A stretch of 64,000 bases of DNA, from NCBI RefSeq assembly GCF_947568905.1, contig NC_079167.1, positions 56,544,001-56,608,000 on the forward strand, written 5' to 3'. The position numbers and the translations under genes are program-made. This document shows, piece after piece, positions 12,401-27,000 of this stretch; position 1 is the stretch's first letter, and every line of letters begins with the position of its first letter. Source of the DNA: Ostrea edulis (Eukaryota). Under the pieces are notes generated by a model that saw only the letters and a program-made list of their open reading frames with translations, had not been told where the DNA came from and ran no database searches.

Positions 12401-15400
12401 GAGAATCTTACACTTATTACTAAATATACAATGGAAAAAATACATGTCGAGTCAGATTGACACATGTCAACAGTTCTGAGCCCTACTTTATTCAGCTCTG
12501 GAATTCGGTACTGAAGCAATCTCAACTAAAGCATATTTTCTTGAATGATCAGACCTAGTGCAGTCTATAAGCTGCTCATATTTTACAGAATGAAAAGAAA
12601 TACCTGTCCCCATCTCTTGCCCTTTTGAACTGGTCCACAATGATACACAAAAATGTTGGACCTACTTTTCCTCCATCCAAAGGTTTCTCAGCCATGCCTC
12701 CCACAAACAAATCTATGTTGTCTGTAAGAAAGACAGTTACATATGTTATACATCCAACAAATTATATCTTTGTTCCGCTACGTTTCAAAGTTGACAAGTA
12801 TGCCAGAAAAATAAATATGCAGTGGAAGTAAAGCTGCACTTATAATAGAAATTTGATTTACCTTCCATAAAAATAAATACTGCAAGTTGCTGCACAAAAA
12901 TAGTTAGAAAATAATGAAAGATCAGTACTGAAGAAGTAGCATTGTTTTGAATGGCACATCATATGAACCCACTAGTTGTCTCTCCATTACACTACTGTAA
13001 AAGTGGTTATTTACGCGTGGGAGAAATTTACACTAATTATGCGGTCATGTGTTAAGCGCGAAAATTTCTCCCACATATATAGTTATAAATATTTGTTATA
13101 ATATATGTCATATTCAGTTACCACATAATTTTCCCCCACACATAATGTTGGATGTGGAAAAATGATTACTTAACCCCCAGCGTAAATAACCAATTTTACA
13201 GTATATTCCTTAAATGTAGTGCAACAGATAGAGAACTCGTGAGTTCTAACGATGAGTACAGTAGTGCATACAGAATCTTGTTAAACTGGCGAGTGCTACA
13301 TACTGCGTGTGTACTTATGTTAGAATATTCAAATGTTGGTGCTATTGGATCTGATGCACTATTTGATGTAACTATGATATAGTGCTTGTTCTGTGTTTGA
13401 TGGTGGATAAATACAGATTTTGATGCCACCATAAATCAGTGCTCATGCTTCACCACTAAAGAAGTTAAAATAGGAATCTCACTATACAATTAGTACACAC
13501 ACCAAATCTGCTTAACGTTTCATCATTTGTTTCTATGTTACCTGGGTGTCCATACAATGCCTGAAGTTTTTCCCTGACACTTCGCTGTGGCATCTCACTC
13601 GCAAGGTCATCAAAACTGGTGGCTCTCGACAGACCACAGATATGTCTGTACTCATTGTAAAATGGCAGACCATGGTCCCTACCCCTCTGAATATTCAGTG
13701 AGGCCAGATCCTGCCCCACAGCATTAGCCAGGGAGAAGAGTTTCTCCGTCAGTTCTTTGTTCATCACCTCCTCAGGCATCCTTTTCTTGGCGGACATGCC
13801 AAACAATCCTCTCAATAATGGATCAATGCCTCCCTCTTCTAAGATTTTGTACGGTGAAAAGAAAGCCTTGTGTAATGGTAAATTTCCTTCAGGAATGGGG
13901 GCAAAACTTTCATTGAGTCTGAACATGATTGGTTGGACTAGAGAGTGACCAAATCTGAATGCTGCTGTAGCAAATTCATTTGCAATGGAAGGGTCAACAC
14001 TCGAGTCATATCCGTTGTATGATCCAAGCTTTTCCATTCCTGACTTACCAATAATCTGTGGTAACCAGAATTTGTAAGAAATGTGCTGCATCATGGCACC
14101 AAGAATTTTCCTCGTTTCATGATACAATATATTTCCATCCCAGTGGGGGTTTACTTCTAGGAGTTCAGTAGCTATATAATTGTGGTGCCTCACCCACAAA
14201 GTATGCATTGCAGTGAGGGCTAAATGTTCATTCACGCGGTTATCTCCTGCTCTAAAACAAGGAACATGTCTTTTACTGGGTTCGATTTGGCAATCAAAAT
14301 GATGAAGAAAATTGCCTGTATCAAATGGTAAAAGTCTTTTATTATTTCTGGACAACACACCCACTCTCAGAAGTCCACGTCCATTTGAAAACTCTCTTAA
14401 CCTTTGTGCTTCAAAATCACTACTTCCATAGACAGAACTTGCATCAATGAATGCTGTGATTGCATTGATCTGTTGTCTTGGTGCAAAAGTTTTGTAAAAC
14501 ACTGATGTACTTCCGGAATTACAAATAGCACTGCTCCTGGAGAAACCCAGACAAGACGCATGTTGAATGCGCGTGTCACTCCTGGGAACGGTGATGGGAA
14601 AACATGGATACTGATTCTCACACGTCTCGTTGCAGTAACGGCCATCACTAAAGCGTGCATTGCTGACCGACTGAGGGGTCAGGCTCATGTCATGGTCCAG
14701 AAACTGACCCCACTGCATTAACATGTGAGTGCTGTGTTCGTCCATTGTCACATGGTCAGTGGACATCAGGAAAGATGACACCAGTCGAGGACTTGGCAAG
14801 TGGTAACCATTGTATAGTTTATTGGGGTTCCAACCTGGCAAAAAGCATTTATACAGCTGTTTACAAGTTTAAGTGAATTACATTCTTCTTTTTTTTTTTT
14901 TAAATCTCTTAACTATTTACACTTCTGTTCCATATCAGATTCTAGATAATTTTTATAATGTAAAATGTCAGAAGAGTTAAAATAATGTTTCCTTCATGTT
15001 TTTTCAATCTATATGTCACACAACTTGGCAAAAGAAATAAGATGCATAATTCAGTTACAAAAGATTTACGAAAGATTTATGGATAGCTATGTATCTTCAT
15101 TTTTGTTTTCTGTTATCTGTTTTTAATTTAAAACTGACAGGTTATTTTTTCTTGAATTACGGTAAATAAGCAAGCACTAACCCACTGGTGTATTGAATCC
15201 ATTTTCATAGATGGGAGGAAGCATTCTTTGCAGAGCAATAACGGATGCTCCCCAAGTTGGACTATGGAGATTGTTACACAAGCCATCCATGGATCGGAAT
15301 CTCTTGTGGTAACACATTTCTGAGCAGCGGACAATCCGTGGATTGGCAAAGCATCCAGACATGTTGGCAATCAGTTCTAAATGACCAGGGGAGAGAATCT

Positions 15401-18400
15401 CCTTGTAACTGGATGCTGAATAGAAGGAAAAAATTGATAGACACAATAACATTCATTTGATTAACTACACAAATCATTCAATATTTTGGCATGTGAAATG
15501 CATGAAATTCATGATTTAACACTGAGAAGGAGCTTGAACACATCTTCCTCCATCATCACCTAAATCAGCCCTGCTCTCCATAACGCTGATCACCCATACC
15601 TTTATCACTAAGATTATACTTGTGGCCACCATCAACATGTCGCTGAATGATATCCAACGTCTGCTCAAATATTTCCTCGGCCCTGGCTAACCGAAGAGCA
15701 TCAGCTGATGGGTACCGGAATATGGTGATGAGGTCCTGGACGGAGTGTGTACGATTTTTGTTGAAGAGATTCTTGATTGTCTGATTGATGGCCACATCCA
15801 CCCGATTGGTGGCCTGCTGAATAGCCGGATTCACAAAGGAGTGGCCTGAATAATTCGTCTGGATTTCTCTAACTGGAAGGCAATTTGGATACCATATCAT
15901 TATCTTATGGAAAATCTGCATCAATACTTAATGGTCACATTACAGTTATGACACACTATCCTTTTTATCATACAAACTGTTTCAAGGTGATAGAAATAGA
16001 GCACAATGTAAAAGTCAGAGTTCAAGGATCAAACAAAAGCAAGATACAGAAATCATGCAACCAACCTCTAACGTTCAAGTTGACAACATTCCTTGCAAAT
16101 CCCAGGGTGTTTTCAGGGAAGCACTCATATCGTCCGAAGTCAGACTGCGCAAGACGTCTTATCGTGAGGCGATTCCCCTGAAGAGAGTATTTGGGGCCTG
16201 GTGAAATGGTGGCCCCATTCCTGATCCACCTGGTGGCTTCAAGTGGATCCCCGTCCTCCGCACACAGTAGGGTGATGTCTTCCCCAGGTCCTCCCTCCGT
16301 GTCATGTTCTCTGTTATTGGTGGGCACAGCTTCAAATGCAAAATATCAGCAATATTACAATTCTTATACAAGTTATAATTAAACTTGATAAATATGGGCA
16401 TTATATCACTATATGTAGTTCTCATGTGAGTTATACCAAACTCAGTTAATACTGTTATTATGATATCACTATAATAATTATGCAAGTTATACCAAACTCA
16501 ATAAATATTGGTATTATAATATCACTATAATTATTCTGCAAGTTATACCAAACTCAATAAATATTGGTATTTCAGCAGATTTTAATTTTTCTTGAAACTG
16601 TATTTTTGATATGGTGTAACAGAGACAGCACCCCCCCCCCCCCCCCCCCCATTCCTGAGCCCTGTATTTCTGGAACAACAGTTCAGTGCCCTATCTATCA
16701 AACTACAGAGTTTAGAGGGACTGATTCAATATTTTCTTCCCTGCCTTCCTATGGGCACACACAAGAGGCCCATGGACTTCTGCTTAAGTTACTATGCTCA
16801 TACAGAGATCTATGTGATTCAGAAGCTTGAAAAACGAACAGTGGCCCAAAATTAAATGGAAAATGACCTGTAACCGGACAACTATGTCATAAGGTATTAA
16901 TAAGGACCTAGTGGTTCTAGATAGAAATATTTTCAAAAGACCATTCTCTCCTATTTTACATACTTTTTAATTAAATCCACTTGGAAATGGATTGTTTTAA
17001 AAAAAATTACCTTGACTCCCATATTACCAAGAATACTGTGATCAACAAATTGACTCAGTGATTCTGGAGCAGAAGTAAAATCAAAACTGACAGATGACTG
17101 GCAACAGACAAACTTTGATCAGAAAAGCTCAGACATTGAAATAAATTTTTCAATTAAGTGAGCTAAAACATGCATTAAAATGCCCCTTATTCATCTCACC
17201 TGATCATGTATGGCTCAATAACACACATTTTGCTATGGTAGTCATCATATATTGATATCCATGTACTTGCTTCTGACGTATTTATATATATTTCAAAGGA
17301 AATCTTCATGTTTGCTTCTTTATAATTATATGGAATGTGTAACGAATTATTTTTCTACAGATAATGAAATAAATTTTTCTTATTACATGTATTCCCAAAT
17401 TTTAAACTTTGTAGAGGTTTTATTAAGGCAAGCAGAAGAATGAATCAGAGAAAAATTAAACCCTTCATTTCTTACCAGTCTGAGTGACTGTCAGTCTGGC
17501 TGACCCTTGCACTGTTCCACCAGAGTTCTCTCCCCTACATGTATATGTTCCCCTGTCTGTAGACTGCAGTAAAACAATACGGAGTTGTCTCCCTTCATTT
17601 ACAATCTGAATTCGTCTCTCGGTGGACAAGACTTCAGTATCTATTAGAAGTAAGTTATCATAAATTACATGCCACATACACAATGCTATGTAACAGGAAG
17701 GGAGAAAATACAATGGACCAGACTGGGATTCGAACCCAAGCACCTGAATTCTCTAGTCAAATGCTCTACCAACTGAGTGATCAATCCTGACTGACCACTA
17801 CATTACTCCCTCTTTAATTGTCTTCACACTTGAAGACATAAACCCAGGATTTTTATCTCCTGGAAGGCATTTTCACCTGTCAGTTCCAGGGGCTTATCTT
17901 ATGTAACAGGAAGGGAGAAAATGCAACAGATCAGACTGGGATTTGAACCTGGCCCCCTGAATCACTAGACAGGTGCTCTACCAACTGAGCTATCTGACCA
18001 CCAGTGATCAAACCCATCTGACTGCCGCATTCCTCCCTCCTTAAATTTTCTTTGTCTTCGAAGACACAAAACCGAGATTCTTTAGCCCTCTGGTTCTCCA
18101 GGTAAGGTCCACACGAAAATAATTATATAATATGATTGATTGATGGTGTGTATATACGCTACCACCATTTCAATAGATTGGGAGTGAAAAACAATGGAAT
18201 ATGTTTAATGGGACCAAATTTCACTTTCCAACTTTGAAAGTTTGAGAGAGAGCAAGGGTAAATTTGCTTAGTTATATAGAGAGAAAAAATCGGGACCATG
18301 GTTTCATTTCAAGAACTTTGAGAGATAGAGGTTCAAGTCATTGAGAGTCACCTGTTTGTCTATGTTTATTTGACTGTATCTTTCAGACTGAAAACATCTG

Positions 18401-21400
18401 GTCTGGATCTGTTTGTCTTATTATATATTCCTGACATTGGACCAGGCTCTCTTTCCTGTTATATTTTGGGCTTGTCTTACATCTGGTTCACTATTGTAGC
18501 TGAAGTGGGAAGGACTCTTGATTTAGATTCACCTGGATAATTTGAATCTAAGGAGAGGTAGTGTGATGGGAGTGAGGTTTAATTGAATATTTACAATGAA
18601 ACCAGCTCAACTGGTCCAAATCTTTAAGTCCGGTGGGTAGTCAGGGTTCAGTCACCCTTGCTATTATTGGTGTTTTACACTTTTAAATAAAAATCATGTC
18701 GCACCTTAGTATTTTGGTTTGTTTTGATATATCAAATTGAATTTACAAGTCTTTTTATACAAAGCTAAAAATAAATATACAACAGGATGATAAAGGGATA
18801 ACACAGAAAAGTGGTGGCTCCTAACACCAAGGCAGACTTTGACAGGGGAGGGGATTTCCACCCCTCAATATAAAGAAACTGATAGTAGACTGATTCATAA
18901 AAGTCATCATATCGGGAATGTAATGAATAAACCTGACTAGATTTACAAATAAACATCAGATCAACATTTCGTCTTTCTTATCAATGAAAACAATATTCTC
19001 AAATAAAAGATTATATAGATTTTAGAAATTTTTAAGAGGTACATGTATGTGTGTGTTATGAATGGTTGTTTCTGCAATTGCAACCATGTATTATGTCATC
19101 TCTGTATTATTATAAATTTCATAACTAACCTTGTGTGATTAAGAGGATTTTTTATCATATAGATACAGGTATGTATGTGAGCAATCAATTGGATCCATGG
19201 GGGAAAAAATTCCCAAATTTGTTTTTTAAAGGCATTTTATGAACACAAATGTATAATGTAATCAAGAATTTGTCAGGGTTGATGCCTCGATCATCTTCAT
19301 GCTTCAGAATTTTGAGGGAAAAAGTTTGAAATTTGACCTTCCTGTACTAACAACAGGTTAAGATTTGTCAAAATAAACTTCAGCCTCATTAATTCTGACT
19401 ATTGCTTCGTAAAATTAATCCAATCAATATGAAAATGGTTCAGGGAATCCTTTGTGATACCGAAGTACTTTCTATTTCCCAAGATATGCATAATTCAACT
19501 GAACAATGAATTTTAATTCATAACACAGAAAGTTAAAATGCTACAATTTAGAACTCTCTAGCATATAATATCTTTTATATTTATATGTAGACTAAAAAAG
19601 TATTAGAAATGACAATATTATCACAGAATATAGTTTACCTTTTACTACATATGAAAGGCTTGAACAAGCAACATCAAACTCATGACCTAATGTCAATGTG
19701 AGATATTTACCTCATGACATATTACATATCAAATTATATAGAAAAAAGTCTAAAAATATTCACGATCTATTTACCTCATGATCAAAACATAGGCCTAAAT
19801 GTGGTTCGAATCATTTCAGTTTGTGGTAACCACTCTGTGGATTGTCCATATTTGACAGTTTCATTGGGATGCAATTTTGTGGATAATTTGTGTCTGTACT
19901 TGCATGTTTCGTTGTGGTTTAAAATTCATGGGATAGGGATACTGTATTCAAGTATATCTTGACATGTTAGAATAAATACTGGTACTATACATTAGGGGAA
20001 AAACAATGTTTGGAAATGAGTTAATAGAAAAAAAAATGGTCAAAATGGAATGATCTGTTTCACTCAATATAGTTTCTTTTATACTTTGATATAAAAGATT
20101 TCACTACTTCTAATTGTTAACATTGTATTCTTTCTCTTCATCATGATTATATTAAATATTATTCCAGTATGCAAGGATGTGTGTGTGTGAAAGGTGGACA
20201 TGTGTTGAAAATTATAAAAAATGCTGAAAAAAAGAAGAAACAATTCTACTTAATTTAGTATGAAGTATGTCAAAGTAAATGAATTCAGCTATCAAAGAAC
20301 CCCAGACAAAATGCAACATGATATCTCACAAGACAAAGCAATATCCATACCCTGGTGCCTGTTGTTTATAGTTCACTGACATCTCATTCTCCTTAATCCT
20401 TTTATTTATTGTGATATCCTTTTTAAATCCTAATACCCCAAAGTAACAGAGAATTTTATATAGGTATTTCCATCATATATCATCCCCCTATCTGATGAAT
20501 TACCCTTTTAACGTCAAATTTCCTGGCCATTATCATAAAGGGAACTACCTTATTACATAACATTGCCTTCATATGCTATGCATCCACGCGTCTGATGACA
20601 TATTGAAAACTACATTCATGCCACTTGAATTTCAGGATCCATTATAAGATTAATTTCACAGACAGTGAGTCCATGATTTATTTTCGGTAAGTAGACAAAC
20701 AACAAGAAAACGTTACCCATTACCATAAATTTACCATACCCTTTATGATGGAGTTAAATGTGTGTAACCTTATTAATGACCGTACACAATGTATATTTTC
20801 TTTGGCATCTTTCAGACTTTTCGCACACATTAACACAAAGATAAGGAAAGAACTAGGTTCACTTTATGCATAAAATGGTCTTGTTTCTTTAATATTAAAC
20901 AAATATATTAATATGAGCCTTGATCCAACATCTAAATGACATGTATTTTAAAGGTATCAATTACAGTTTTATTTATCCACCGTACGTGTGTGTGTGTGTT
21001 CAGGAGTCCTCCTTCCCAAAGACTCCTCAAAAATGCAAAAGTTTTGCCTATTGATCCAAAAGTAAAAAGTATGTATACATACACATGTAAATTAGATCAC
21101 AGGTTGTGCTCTAAAATGTCTATAATGACTTACTTCATGATAATGTACAAACTGCTGTGTTTACATCATACTCGTAAAATTTTAATCACAATTAATGCAC
21201 CTTCTGAATATTTTGCATTCATTAAATTGGAAATCAACAAATTCAATTTTCTTGTTGAAAATTCAAAGGATCTCTGTGAACCTCGATCACTATTTTACAA
21301 GTTAAAATTCACAGGATCTCTGTGAACCTCACTATTTTACAAGTTAAAATGACCTACTATAAATTGCAAAAAAAAAAAGTACCAATACATTTTAGTGCAA

Positions 21401-23970
21401 GGTAATGTTCAAAATTAGTCGAATGAAAGCATACTCATATAATTTCCACAACACTTTGAATTTTTCCCCCATAATATTAAAATCACATTACAGACACAAG
21501 TTCAATACTGCAAGTGGCAATATTATTCGAGGTTTGTGGGGTAGTTCCAGCCACTTCTCTCCACCTCAATGTTTATTTCTCTCTCAATGTAAATTTAAAT
21601 AATAAAATGTTTTCTTTAGTTTGTTAAACAGGATATGGCGGTCACAAACACCGCAGAAAAAATGCAAATTTGCAACCTTCATCTCCTATTTAACAAACTA
21701 AAGAAACACTTTGTATTATTTATATTTTTTTGTATTTCTTTTTTAAAATAAGTACTTCCAATATGTAAAATATAAGTTATTTAAACGTAACAGCTGAAAA
21801 TCATATGACCTTGACTTGTCTCAATACATGTATTTGGTAATGATTTCCATATCTGAACGATGATAAAGGGAAATAGTCCAAGACAGACAAATTCTATATT
21901 CAAACAATAAACCACATAGGTAAGCATTATATGCATTAGTAGTTAGGTGCTCTAACCACTGAGCTATCCCGACCAATATCCATGGTCTGTACAGTCCTAA
22001 CTACTACATTCCTCCCTTTTTAATTTGTCTTTGCCCTTGAAGATACACAACCCAGATTCTTTTTGCCCCTGACAGGACAACCTGCAGTGCAGGGGTAGTC
22101 AATGACCATGAAGCATTGTCAAGGTCAAAGGTTGCATTGGCTGTTCCGTTTAAAGTAACGAAATGGCCAACAATATGACATTTCAGCACTTAGATCTAGT
22201 CTATATTTTTAAAAAAATACATAAAAATATAAATATATTAAACAATAAAATGTCTTTCTTTGTTGTTTTATCAAGTGATGAAGGTAGCAATCATTGCAGA
22301 TTTTTTTTTCTAACCCACTTATGCAGGTTATGAATTTTTTCTGCAATGCTAGCTACCCTTATCAACCGATAAAACAACAAAGAGAGCATTTTATTGTTTA
22401 ATTGAAGTGCATTTTTAGAGCAATATCAAAATTTTAGTAGCCATGCTAAAAGTAGTTCCGTTCTCTCCCCAACATGGTACATGGTAATGTATTGTTATGT
22501 GCCCTGAACAGAATGACAGATATATATGTATGCAGTGATCCCTTTGTCTGCGCTGTCTGTCCCTCGATTTATCTTAAATATTTTTAAGCACCAATCAAAA
22601 AAATCTCTCAAAGGACCCCAAAGTTACATCCCCTGAAACTATAACTATCCACTTACTTCCTTTGAACCATGTGATGTTTGGTCGTGGGTTTCCTGAGACG
22701 TCACAGGTGAATCTGGCAGTGTCTCCCTCCGTAAGGGACAGGTCGGAGGGCTGCTGTACTAAAACTGGTGCCTCTGAAAAGAAATCCTAAATTCAGTTTC
22801 ATCCCAAGTTAGAAACCTACCTGGGGCTGATAGAATTAATACACTTACCCCCCTGGACAGTAACTCTAGCATGAGAAACAGCGAAACCCTCAGCATTGCT
22901 GGCTTGGCAGGTGTACACCCCTTGATCTGATGTCTGCAAGTTGGTAATGTCTAAATTTCCAACTGTATCCACAGCATGTTTTCTGCCAGGTATGATGGTG
23001 TTGTCGTTGAATTTCCATGTAATGGTGGGAGGGGGGATTCCTGTAGCCTGGCAGGACAGACGAACAGAACGACCCACCTGACCACTAACATCAGAAGGGG
23101 TAGTGAGCATAGAAGGGGGAGCTGAAACATTATATACATCATCGTGAAACGAAATTATACAGAACCTTTAGTCAACAAAATATAATTCATTGCAATAAAT
23201 CTTCTTTATGAAACAATTATTAATCTGTCAAAAACAATTATTATCACAACAAAACCTGGAGATGTATTGCACAAAATTGACCATTTGGAATTAAAATCAT
23301 ATTCACATACTAAATGGTCAATTTCATGCAATACATCTTGTTACTATGTTGCTACAGACATTGACAGAAAAAACAAGATGTGTTTGAGAAACCCTGATGC
23401 ACCCAGGTTACAACAAAGTGGAACCAGGTCAAAGGTCAATATTAAGGTATCAATGGAAAGGTCTTGCTACAAGAAATACACATATCAAATTTGAAAGCTC
23501 TACCTCTTATGGTGTAAAAGATATGACCAAGGTTAATGTTTTTTGGCCTCCGACATACAGGCCAATACTAGATACCCCGGAATCTTCAATTCCAGGGGCA
23601 TAAAAGTGGCAGTCTATGACAAAAATATTTGTGACAAGAATTTACTTGTGAATTTCACACACATATGAAAATTAGTTTACAGTAGTATTCACTATCTACT
23701 GTATATAGTACATTATGCATTTACTACACTGAGGAAATTTTTCAAAGTTTCATAAGAAAAATCAACAATTGTAATTTCTGCCTGTGCTGCAACTCAGGTT
23801 GCCCCATTTTTTTTTAAATTTGCAACTTTGGGACTTATTGCACAACCAAGAAAAACTAAACAGTGTGATTTATGAACAAAATGACTTCAATCAGAGATTG
23901 TAAAATACAGACCATATGTCTCATATAAAATTGCTTTAAATTACCTAAAACTTGTGTATTATTATCAAAT

Positions 23971-24022
<52 letters not shown>

Positions 24023-27000
24023 TCCATACAATTACTAAATTTTAAAATCTGGAGAAATAAAATTTTATCAGTCAGATGGCTCTCTTTTATTTTGCCAATA
24101 AAATATCAAAAAGTAATGCTTCACTAAATGGAAAAGAGGTAAGGTGTGTTTAAAGGGAGAACACGTTGAAAGTTACCAGCTTGTCTTGACAACTTGGTTT
24201 CTCGGCTTAATTAATAAAATCATTTTAACAGAGAGCTTTTCCGGATGTTAATGTAAATAGTATATTGTGTACCTCTGGAGTAAGTGAGCTGAACTTTGTT
24301 GGTCCGGATTTCTTGGTTTGGCGTTCGGACCACACATTGGTATGTCCCTTTATCGGAGTCTACCGTGTTGTGGATCATAAGCGTTCCATCGTTCAACATA
24401 GACACTCTGTTGTCCTGCAGGTTTACTTCTGCACTGTTATCAGAATTAGAATTTCAATTCAAGTCTTCAAAATAAAAAATGAAAAAACTCAACAATGCAA
24501 AAATAAATAAACCAGTTATGTCTGGAATTTGTTGATGACTTAAATGTAGCAAAGCTAATGATCTCTCTCTCTCTCTCTCTCTCTGAGAGAAATATTGATG
24601 TAGGAATTGTAAATTACATATTAGCTGAATCAGTAGTTACTTGTAATAATCATAGAGTCTGAGAATGCCAATAACAATAGGCAGTGTTGTACTAAATGCC
24701 CCACTCACAATCACAAAACACACACATGAAGCACTAACAAAGTGAATTCATCATGTCTGTCTTCAAAAATAAACCATCAGACACTTTCATCTGTCATTCT
24801 TCAATCTCACTATCGAAGCTTTCACATTTCTCTAACTGAAGACAATAATCATACTTTGGTAACAAAGTGAATTTGCCTGGAATCAATTAGCAAAAGGTTA
24901 TTTATTGTCCCTGTTATTTGGTATGAAAACACGGACAATTTACCTACTCATTATGGAGCCAAGAGATCTTGTAGCTTGCTTTTCCTTCTGCACGGCAAGA
25001 AAAGTAGGCAGTATTTCCCATAGTGATTATCGCATCCCGAGGTTCCATTGTGAAGTGGGGGGTGTCTGCAAATTTAATTATACATCACTCTATACCATAC
25101 ACTCTGTATCATAGGGAATGGATATATCACATTCTGACAACAATTCATCAACAAAGAAAAGACATGTATATTAGAACTACTTCTACAAAAACTGAAATTA
25201 TCATATTAAACGAGCTCTCTGGGAAAATTACCTCCTTGCCACCCAGTTGCAGAGAACAAATTTTACACAAAGGGCCATAACTCTTATAAAAGTGGGTCAA
25301 CCGGGATAAAAAAATTAAACTTGATCTATAGTTGATCATGACGGAAGGTATATACATGAAGTTTCATAAAAAGTGTGGAAAACACACATTGATTTACTAA
25401 CAGATTTTAAAGTGGCTTAACTAAGATGGAAGCTGAAGTTGATCTGTAGCTTGTTGACATTAATTGTCAAAGGTACACATATCAATTCCTGATGGACAGA
25501 CAGATAGACAAACAGAGAGGAATCCTATAGTTCCCTTCAGTTAATCGTTTTGTTTATGCTACAAAATTTGCTAATCAAATACTCATATAATTTCTTTGAT
25601 TACTATATAACAGAAGTAACATTTTATTGGAATATGCATGATGTTAATGTTATTTATGATCAGCTTAAAAATGAATTGGTGCAATTCTTTCCCAAACTAA
25701 TTTTCTCCTGATATCAACAAACCTTAATTGTATCATTAATCAACTATTTGGAGTATTTTCTCTTTTAAACTTCAACAGTATAACTTAGGGTAAGTTCAAT
25801 GGCCACTTAAGTACAACCCATCCATGATTCTGACACGCACAGATATTTATCATTAACAAGAAGATTCATAGTGAAAAGGAAGCTGAAATGTTTAAATTGG
25901 ATTTTATTGTAACCCTTTAAGCGAATTTGACTTTTCCTTGAAAAGATCTGTCTTGGCCAATGAAAAGCTACAATTTTCACATGTTGGAGAACTAATTCAA
26001 TAATTCGAAGAAACACTAAAGACCACCAAATGTACATTTGACTTAATTGGAGCTTGAAATTCCTCTACCATGAGTCTAAAATGTTACAGTTCTTTACAGT
26101 TTAAATGGTTAACAACATTCAGACCATTTTAAACTAAAAATATAATTCAAAATGTGAACTTTTTTTGCTAAAACAGATTATCAGAATACCAGTATTGAAA
26201 AATAATACGAGGCAGAATACCATACGTTGATTTACTAACAGGCTCCGTTGAATAAAAATGTGATTATGTCTCAGGTATGCCAAATAAAAGTACTATAGGT
26301 TTATAAATCTATTAATGAAATTTGTGAAATCATACAATTTAATGTATTTTCAACATAAATAAATGGTTTTGTGATCTATGGCTTGTCATAAAAAGGCAAC
26401 AAGCGGATTTTATAGATCACCTGTTAACAAAGCAAGTTAAATTCACCAGAAAAAAATGGTTTCACGTTTACAGATTAAGCAGACAAATTGATATTGTGCA
26501 CACCTCACACCTGCATAAAATATGATTCAGCCTCTTGGCCTTCTGCACTCTTAAAACAACTTGACAAACGTGCAGACATAAATTATATATTTGATCTGAT
26601 ATTTTTCCTGTATTCCTATATAAAATCCAGACTACTTCAATTTGCTTCCAGATGGTCAAATAATGACATATCGTGCAGTGTACGGCTATACATCGGTCGG
26701 AAGACATAAAAAAGTCACACCGGATTCGCAACATAATACAAATTTCAATTTAATGTAATGTGATGAAAATGAAATAAAAATACCCCCCAGCTAGTGAATT
26801 TCACACTCTCTACATAATTTGTATTAGGTAGTGAAATGTTACTAAAATACTCTTGAATTCAATTATAACCTATATACATCATTCATCCTCAGTCATTTAG
26901 GACTATAAATCAAACTACTTTGATTTGTGCATTTTACAAGGAGAAAAAAATTTCATTTTGACTATGTTTCAGTGCTAAATCCCAACATCAGAGATACCAC

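Noticed and set aside
13465-14841. Single-exon 458-aa peroxidase gene, as suggested by the ORF track
   Set aside because: It is internal exon 15 of peroxidasin; both ORF ends run into introns.
13757-16485. Overlapping or antisense ORFs 13757-13948, 14397-14660, 15128-15370, 15245-15460, 15274-15477, 15885-16181, 16159-16485, 16191-16382
   Set aside because: They are shadow frames of peroxidasin exons.
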